64,000 nucleotides of DNA, from NCBI GenBank assembly GCA_964057225.1, contig CAXKVF010000086.1:193946-257945 (forward strand), given 5' to 3'. Position numbers and translations under genes: made by a program. The DNA is from Auanema rhodensis (taxonomy: Eukaryota > Animalia > Nematoda). The notes under the pieces are model-generated. The model searched no databases, had not been told where the DNA came from, and saw only the letters and a list, made by a program, of their open reading frames with translations. Below, piece after piece: positions 55,441-64,000 of this stretch (positions are counted from its first letter, which is position 1; every line of letters begins with the position of its first letter).

Positions 55441-58400
55441 GGAATCTAATTTTGAAAACCGCATCTCCTTATCTTTCACGTGAAGCGAGTTACATACCAA
55501 GTGCACATCACGTGTACATTTAATTAGCATAAATTAAAAGTCACGTAAATTTCAAAGTCATGGTTACCATGAACCAATATCAATAAAAATTTGTTTTTAG
55601 ACTAATATGGACATGGGGAATCTAATTTTGAAAACCGCATCTCTTTATCTTTCACGTGAAGCGAGTTACATACCAAGTGCACATCACGTGTACATTTAAT
55701 TAGCATAAATTAAAGTTCACGTAAATTTCAAAGTCATGGTTACCATGAACCAATATCAATAAAAATTTGTTTTTAGACTAATATGGACATGGGGAATCTA
55801 ATTTTGAAAACCGCATCTCTTTATCTTTCACGTGAAGCGAGTTACATACCAAGTGCCCATCACGTGTACATTTAATTAGCATAAATTAAAGTTCACGTAA
55901 ATTTCAAAGTCATGGTTACCATGCACCAATATCAATAAAAATTTGTTTTTAGACTAATATGGACATGGGGAATCTAATTTTGAAAACCGCATCTCGTTAT
56001 CTTTCACGTGAAGCGAGTTACATACCAAGTGCACATCACGTGTACATTTAATTAGCATAAATTAAAGTTCACGTAAATTTCAAAGTCATGGTTACCATGC
56101 ACCAATATCAATAAAAATTTGTTTTTAGACTAATATGGACATGGGGAATCTAATTTTGAAAACCGCATCTTTTTATCTTTCACGTGAAGCGAGTTACATA
56201 CCAAGTGCACATCACGTGTACATTTAATTAGCATAAATTAAAGTTCACGTAAATTTCAAAGTCATGGTTACCATGCACCAATATCAATAAAAATTTGTTT
56301 TTAGACTAATATGGACATGGGGAATCTAATTTTGAAAACCGCATCTCTTTATCTTTCACGTGAAGCGAGTTACATACCAAGTGCACATCACGTGTACATT
56401 TAATTAGCATAAATTAAAGTTCACGTAAATTTCAAAGTCATGGTTACTATGAACCAATATCAATAAAAATTTGTTTTTAGACTAATATGGACATGGGGAA
56501 TCTAATTTTGAAAACCGCATCTCTTTATCTTTCACGTGAAGCGAGTTACATACCAAGTGCCCATCACGTGTACATTTAATTAGCATAAATTAAAGTTCAC
56601 GTAAATTTCAAAGTCATGGTTACCATGCACCAATATCAATAAAAATTTGTTTTTAGACTAATATGGACATGGGGAATCTAATTTTGAAAACCGCATCTCG
56701 TTATCTTTCACGTGAAGCGAGTTACATACCAAGTGCACATCACGTGTACATTTAATTAGCATAAATTAAAGTTCACGTAAATTTCAAAGTCATGGTTACC
56801 ATGCACCAATATCAATAAAAATTTGTTTTTAGACTAATATGGACATGGGGAATCTAATTTTGAAAACCGCATCTCTTTATCTTTCACGTGAAGCGAGTTA
56901 CATACCAAGTGCACATCACGTGTACATTTAATTAGCATAAATTAAAGTTCACGTAAATTTCAAAGTCATGGTTACCATGCACCAATATCAATAAAAATTT
57001 GTTTTTAGACTAATATGGACATGGGGAATCTAATTTTGAAAACCGCATCTCTTTATCTTTCACGTGAAGCGAGTTACATACCAAGTGCACATCACGTGTA
57101 CATTTAATTAGCATAAATTAAAGTTCACGTAAATTTCAAAGTCATGGTTACCATGAACCAATATCAATAAAAATTTGTTTTTAGACTAATATGGACATGG
57201 GGAATCTAATTTTGAAAACCGCATCTCTTTATCTTTCACGTGAAGCGAGTTACATACCAAGTGCACATCACGTGTACATTTAATTAGCATAAATTAAAGT
57301 TCACGTAAATTTCAAAGTCATGGTTACCATGAACCAATATCAATAAAAATTTGTTTTTAGACTAATATTGACATGGGGAATCTAATTTTGAAAACCGCAT
57401 CTCTTTATCTTTCACGTGAAGCGAGTTACATACCAAGTGCCCATCACGTGTACATTTAATTAGCATAAATTAAAGTTCACGTAAATTTCAAAGTCATGGT
57501 TACCATGCACCAATATCAATAAAAATTTGTTTTTAGACTAATATGGACATGGGGAATCTAATTTTGAAAACCGCATCTTCTTATCTTTCACGTGAAGCGA
57601 GTTACATACCAAGTGCACATCACGTGTACATTTAATTAGCATAAATTAAAGTTCACGTAAATTTCAAAGTCATGGTTACCATGCACCAATATCAATAAAA
57701 ATTTGTTTTTAGACTAATATGGACATGGGGAATCTAATTTTGAAAACCGCATCTCTTCATCTTTCACGTGAAGCGAGTTACATACCAAGTGCACATCACG
57801 TGTACATTTAATTAGCATAAATTAAAGTTCACGTAAATTTCAAAGTCATGGTTACCATCCACCAATATCAATAAAAATTTGTTTTTAGACTAATATGGAC
57901 ATGGGGAATCTAATTTTGAAAACCGCATCTCTTTATCTTTCACGTGAAGCGAGTTACATACCAAGTGCACATCACGTGTACATTTAATTAGCATAAATTG
58001 AAGTTCACGTAAATTTCAAAGTCATGGTTACCATGCACCAATGTCAATAAAAATTTGTTTTTAGACTAATATGGACATGGGGAATCTAATTTTGAAAACC
58101 GCATCTCTTCATCTTTCACGTGAAGCGAGTTACATACCAAGTGCACATCACGTGTACATTTAATTAGCATAAATTAAAGTTCACGTAAATTTCAAAGTCA
58201 TGGTTACCATGCACCAATATCAATAAAAATTTGTTTTTAGACTAATATGGACATGGGGAATCTAATTTTGAAAACCGCATCTCTTCATCTTTCACGTGAA
58301 GCGAGTTACATACCAAGTGCACATCACGTGTACATTTAATTAGCATAAATTAAAGTTCACGTAAATTTCAAAGTCATGGTTACCATGCACCAATATCAAT

Positions 58401-61400
58401 AAAAATTTGTTTTTAGACTAATATGGACATGGGGAATCTAATTTTGAAAACCGCATCTCTTCATCTTTCACGTGAAGCGAGTTACATACCAAGTGCACAT
58501 CACGTGTACATTTAATTAGCATAAATTAAAGTTCACGTAAATTTCAAAGTCATGGTTACCATGCACCAATATCAATAAAATTTGTTTTTAGACTAATATG
58601 GACATGGGGAATCTAATTTTGAAAACCGCATCTCTTTATCTTTCACGTGAAGCGAGTTACATACCAAGTGCACATCACGTGTACATTTAATTAGCATAAA
58701 TTAAAGTTCACGTAAATTTCAAAGTCATGGTTACCATGAACCAATATCAATAAAAATTTGTTTTTAGACTAATATGGACATGGGGAATCTAATTTTAAAA
58801 ACCGCATCTCTTTATCTTTCACGTGAAGCAAGTTACATACCAAGTGCACATCACGTGTACATTTAATTAGCATAAATTAAAGTTCACGTAAATTTCAAAG
58901 TCATGGTTACCATGAACCAATATCAATAAAAATTTGTTTTTAGACTAATATGGACATGGGGAATCTAATTTTGAAAACCGCATCTCTTTATCTTTCACGT
59001 GAAGCGAGTTACATACCAAGTGCACATCACGTGTACATTTAATTAGCATAAATTAAAGTTCACGTAAATTTCAAAGTCATGGTTACCATGCACCAATATC
59101 AATAAAAATTTGTTTTTAGACTAATATGGACATGGGGAATCTAATTTTGAAAACCGCATCTCTTTATCTTTCACGTGAAGCGAGTTACATACCAAGTGCA
59201 CATCACGTGTACATTTAATTAGCATAAATTAAAGTTCACGTAAATTTCAAAGTCATGGTTACCATGAACCAATATCAATAAAAATTTGTTTTTAGACTAA
59301 TATGGACATGGGGAATCTAATTTTGAAAACCGCATCTCTTTATCTTTCACGTGAAGCGAGTTACATACCAAGTGCACATCACGTGTACATTTAATTAGCA
59401 TAAATTAAAGTTCACGTAAATTTCAAAGTCATGGTTACCATGCACCAATGTCAATAAAAATTTGTTTTTAGACTAATATGGACATGGGGAATCTAATTTT
59501 AAAAACCGCATCTCTTCATCTTTCACGTGAAGCGAGTTACATACCAAGTGCACATCACGTGTACATTTAATTAGCATAAATTAAAGTTCACGTAAATTTC
59601 AAAGTCATGGTTACCATGAACCAATATCAATAAAAATTTGTTTTTAGACTAATATGGACATGGGGAATCTAATTTTGAAAACCGCATCTCTTTATCTTTC
59701 ACGTGAAGCGAGTTACATACCAAGTGCACATCACGTGTACATTTAATTAGCATAAATTAAAGTTCACGTAAATTTCAAAGTCATGGTTACCATGCACCAA
59801 TGTCAATAAAAATTTGTTTTTAGACTAATATGGACATGGGGAATCTAATTTTGAAAACCGCATCTCTTCATCTTTCACGTGAAGCGAGTTACATACCAAG
59901 TGCACATCACGTGTACATTTAATTAGCATAAATTAAAGTTCACGTAAATTTCAAAGTCATGGTTACCATGCACCAATATCAATAAAAATTTGTTTTTAGA
60001 CTAATATGGACATGGGGAATCTAATTTTGAGAACCGCATCTCTTTATCTTTCACGTGAAGCGAGTTACATACCAAGTGCACATCACGTGTACATTTAATT
60101 AGCATAAATTAAAGTTCACGTAAATTTCAAAGTCATGGTTACCATGAACCAATATCAATAAAAATTTGTTTTTAGACTAATATGGACATGGGGAATCTAA
60201 TTTTGAAAACCGCATCTCTTTATCTTTCACGTGAAGCGAGTTACATACCAAGTGCACATCACGTGTACATTTAATTAGCATAAATTAAAGTTCACGTAAA
60301 TTTCAAAGTCATGGTTACCATGCACCAATATCAATAAAAATTTGTTTTTAGACTAATATGGACATGGGGAATCTAATTTTGAAATCCGCATCTCTTTATC
60401 TTTCACGTGAAGCGAGTTACATACCAAGTGCACATCACGTGTTCATTTAATTAGCATAAATTAAAGTTCACGTAAATTTCAAAGTCATGGTTACCATGCA
60501 CCAATGTCAATAAAAAAATTTGTTTTTAGACTAATATGGACATGAGGAATCTAATTTTGCAAACCGCATCTCTTCATCTTTCACGTGAAGCGAGTTACAT
60601 ACCAAGTGCACATCACGTGTACATTTGATTAGCATAAATTAAAGTTCACGTAAATTTCAAAGTCATGGTTACCATGCACCAATATCAATAAAAATTTGTT
60701 TTTAGACCAATACGGACATGGGGAATCTAATTTTGAAAACCGCATCTCTTTATCTTTCAAGTGAAGCGAGTTACATACCAAGTGCACATCACGTGTACAT
60801 TTAATTAGCATAAATTAAAGTTCACGTAAATTTCAAAGTCATGGTTACCATAAACCAATATCAATAAAAATTTGTTTTTAGACTAATATGGACATGGGGA
60901 ATCTAATTTTGAAAACCGCATCTCTTTATCTTTCACGTGAAGCGAGTTACATACCAAGTGCACATCACGTGTACATTTAATTAGCATAAATTAAAGTTCA
61001 CGTAAATTTCAAAGTCATGGTTACCATGCACCAATATCAAAAAAAATTTGTTTTTAGACTAATATGGACATGGGGAATCTAATTTTGAAAACCGCATCTC
61101 TTTATCTTTCACGTGAAGCGAGTTACATACCAAGTGCACATCACGTGTACATTTAATTAGCATAAATTAAAGTTCACGTAAATTTCAAAGTCATGGTTAC
61201 CATGAACCAATATCAATAAAAATTTGTTTTTAGACTAATATGGACATGGGGAATCTAATTTTGAAAACCGCATCTCTTTATCTTTCACTTGAAGCGAGTT
61301 ACATACCAAGTGCACATCACGTGTACATTTAATTAGCATAAATTAAAGTTCACGTAAATTTCAAAGTCATGGTTACCATGCACCAATATCAATAAAAATT

Positions 61401-64000
61401 TGTTTTTAAACTAATATGGACATGGGGAATCTAATTTTGAAAACCGCATCTCTTTATCTTTCACGTGAAGCGAGTTACATACCAAGTGCACATCACGTGT
61501 ACATTTAATTAGCATAAATTAAAGTTCACGTAAATTTCAAAGTCATGGTTACCATGCACCAATATCAATAAAAATTTGTTTTTAGACTAATATGGACATG
61601 GGGAATCTAATTTTGAAAACCGCATCTCTTTATCTTTCACGTGAAGCGAGTTACATACCAAGTGCACATCACGTGTACATTTAATTAGCATAAATTAAAG
61701 TTCACGTAAATTTCAAAGTCATGGTTACCATGAACCAATATCAATAAAAATTTGTTTTTAGACTAATATGGACATGGGGAATCTAATTTTGAAAACCGCA
61801 TCTCTTTATCTTTCACGTGAAGCGAGTTACATACCAAGTGCACATCACGTATACATTTAATTAGCATAAATTAAAGTTCACGTAAATTTCAAAGTCATGG
61901 TTACCATGAACCAATATCAATAAAAATTTGTTTTTAGACTAATATGGACATGGGGAATCTAATTTTGAAAACCGCATCTCTTTATCTTTCACGTGAAGCG
62001 AGTTACATACCAAGTGCACATCACGTGTACATTTAATTAGCATAAATTAAAGTTCACGTAAATTTCAAAGTCATGGTTACCATGCACCAATATCAATAAA
62101 AATTTGTTTTTAGACTAATATGGACATGGGGAATCTAATTTTGAAAACGGCTTCTCTTTATCTTTCACGTGAAGCGAGTTACATACCAAGTGCACATCAC
62201 GTGTACATTTAATTAGCATAAATTAAAGTTCACGTAAATTTCAAAGTCATGGTTACCATGCACCAATATCAATAAAAATTTGTTTTTAAACTAATATGGA
62301 CATGGGGAATCTAATTTTGAAAACCGCATCTCTTTATCTTTCACGTGAAGCGAGTTACATACCAAGTGCACATCACGTGTACATTTAATTAGCATAAATT
62401 AAAGTTCACGTAAATTTCAAAGTCATGGTTACCATGCACCAATATCAATAAAAATTTGTTTTTAGACCAATATGGACATGGGGAATCTAATTTTGAAAAC
62501 CGCATCTCTTTATCTTTCAAGTGAAGCGAGTTACATACCAAGTGCACATCACGTGTACATTTAATTAGCATAAATTAAAGTTCACGTAAATTTCAAAGTC
62601 ATGGTTACCATGCACCAATATCAATAAAAATTTGTTTTTAAACTAATATGGACATGGGGAATCTAATTTTGAAAACCGCATCTCTTTATCTTTCACGTGA
62701 AGCGAGTTACATACCAAGTGCACATCACGTGTACATTTAATTAGCATAAATTAAAGTTCACGTAAATTTCAAAGTCATGGTTACCATGCACCAATATCAA
62801 TAAAAATTTGTTTTTAAACTAATATGGACATGGGGAATCTAATTTTGAAAACCGCATCTCTTTATCTTTCACGTGAAGCGAGTTACATACCAAGTGCACA
62901 TCACGTGTACATTTAATTAGCATAAATTAAAGTTCACGTAAATTTCAAAGTCATGGTTACCATGCACCAATGTCAATAAAAATTTGTTTTTAGACTAATA
63001 TGGACATGGGGAATCTAATTTTGAAAACCGCATCTCTTTATCTTTCACGTGAAGCGAGTTACATACCAAGTGCACATCACGTGTACATTTAATTAGCATA
63101 AATTAAAGTTCACGTAAATTTCAAAGTCATGGTTACCATGCACCAATATCAATAAAAATTTGTTTTTAGACTAATATGGACATGGGGAATCTAATTTTGA
63201 AAACCGCATCTCTTTATCTTTCACGTGAAGCGAGTTACATACCAAGTGCACATCACGTGTACATTTAATTAGCATAAATTAAAGTTCACGTAAATTTCAA
63301 AGTCATGGTTACCATGAACCAATATCAATAAAAATTTGTTTTTAGACTAATATGGACATGGGGAATCTAATTTTGAAAACCGCATCTCTTTATCTTTCAC
63401 GTGAAGCGAGTTACATACCAAGTGCACATCACGTGTACATTTAATTAGCATAAATTAAAGTTCACGTAAATTTCAAAGTCATGGTTACCATGAACCAATA
63501 TCAATAAAAATTTGTTTTTAGACTAATATGGACATGGGGAATCTAATTTTGAAAACCGCATCTCTTTATCTTTCACGTGAAGCGAGTTACATACCAAGTG
63601 CACATCACGTGTACATTTAATTAGCATAAATTAAAGTTCACGTAAATTTCAAAGTCATGGTTACCATGCACCAATGTCAATAAAAATTTGTTTTTAGACT
63701 AATATGGACATGGGGAATCTAATTTTAAAAACCGCATCTCTTCATCTTTCACGTGAAGCGAGTTACATACCAAGTGCACATCACGTGTACATTTAATTAG
63801 CATAAATTAAAGTTCACGTAAATTTCAAAGTCATGGTTACCATGAACCAATATCAATAAAAATTTGTTTTTAGACTAATATGGACATGGGGAATCTAATT
63901 TTGAAAACCGCATCTCTTTATCTTTCACGTGAAGCGAGTTACATACCAAGTGCACATCACGTGTACATTTAATTAGCATAAATTAAAGTTCACGTAAATT

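Larger units (their letters stand above)
1..64000. repeat. 176-bp tandem satellite DNA array (about 363.6 monomers, single orientation, near-identical copies); putative centromeric/pericentromeric satellite of an unidentified eukaryote
   Basis: GGAATCTAATTTTGAAAACC recurs at 1, 177, 353, and so on, and the printed line layout repeats every 2640 bp (15 x 176) until the first indel at about 58580. Consensus GC is 57/176. The array runs off both window edges. The tandem repeat is certain; the centromeric role is inferred only from unit length, AT richness and homogeneity. Confidence 0.99.

Noticed and set aside
60629-62571. Two 60-aa minus-strand ORFs (...PYWSKNK...)
   Set aside because: Same frame; T163C (60708, 62468) converts TAG to TGG. 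Chance stop loss in 4 of 363 monomers is not evidence of coding, and 176 is not a multiple of 3, so no frame runs across monomers.
1-64000. CRISPR array or other repeat-spacer system
   Set aside because: There are no unique spacers: the entire 176-bp unit is repeated, and no cas or other genes are present.
1-64000. Single fixed-period higher-order repeat, or an information-bearing code in the C/A-132 pattern
   Set aside because: Duplication offsets vary (6-43 monomers) and no period persists beyond two or three copies. The pattern is adequately explained by block duplication.

Overview
The whole window is one uninterrupted head-to-tail tandem array of a 176-bp AT-rich satellite (about 32% GC): 363 complete monomers plus a 111-bp partial, all in the same orientation. 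Consensus: GGAATCTAATTTTGAAAACCGCATCTCTTTATCTTTCACGTGAAGCGAGTTACATACCAAGTGCACATCACGTGTACATTTAATTAGCATAAATTAAAGTTCACGTAAATTTCAAAGTCATGGTTACCATG[C/A]ACCAATATCAATAAAAATTTGTTTTTAGACTAATATGGACATGG. Monomers differ from it by 0-5 bases, mostly 0-2, and exact 176-bp phase holds for the first 58.5 kb. I found no genes, RNAs, transposons or CRISPR spacers. The four 60-aa ORFs arise only where a point variant removes one in-frame stop in the monomer. The nucleosome-sized unit and high homogeneity suggest a eukaryotic centromeric or pericentromeric satellite (inference); I do not recognise the family or species. The informative content is (i) the variant 'barcode' along the array, which shows nested block duplications (offsets 6, 8, 9, 14, 15, 24, 28, 34 and 43 monomers), three independent 9-monomer tandem duplications, local variant domains and chimeric junction monomers, and (ii) the monomer's dense dyad symmetry, with several variants that perfect the hairpins. 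Notation: Mn is the nth monomer, starting at (n-1)*176+1 up to M333, and variants are given by monomer position. All variants were read by eye, so counts are approximate. I see no evidence of a novel gene-encoded system here.
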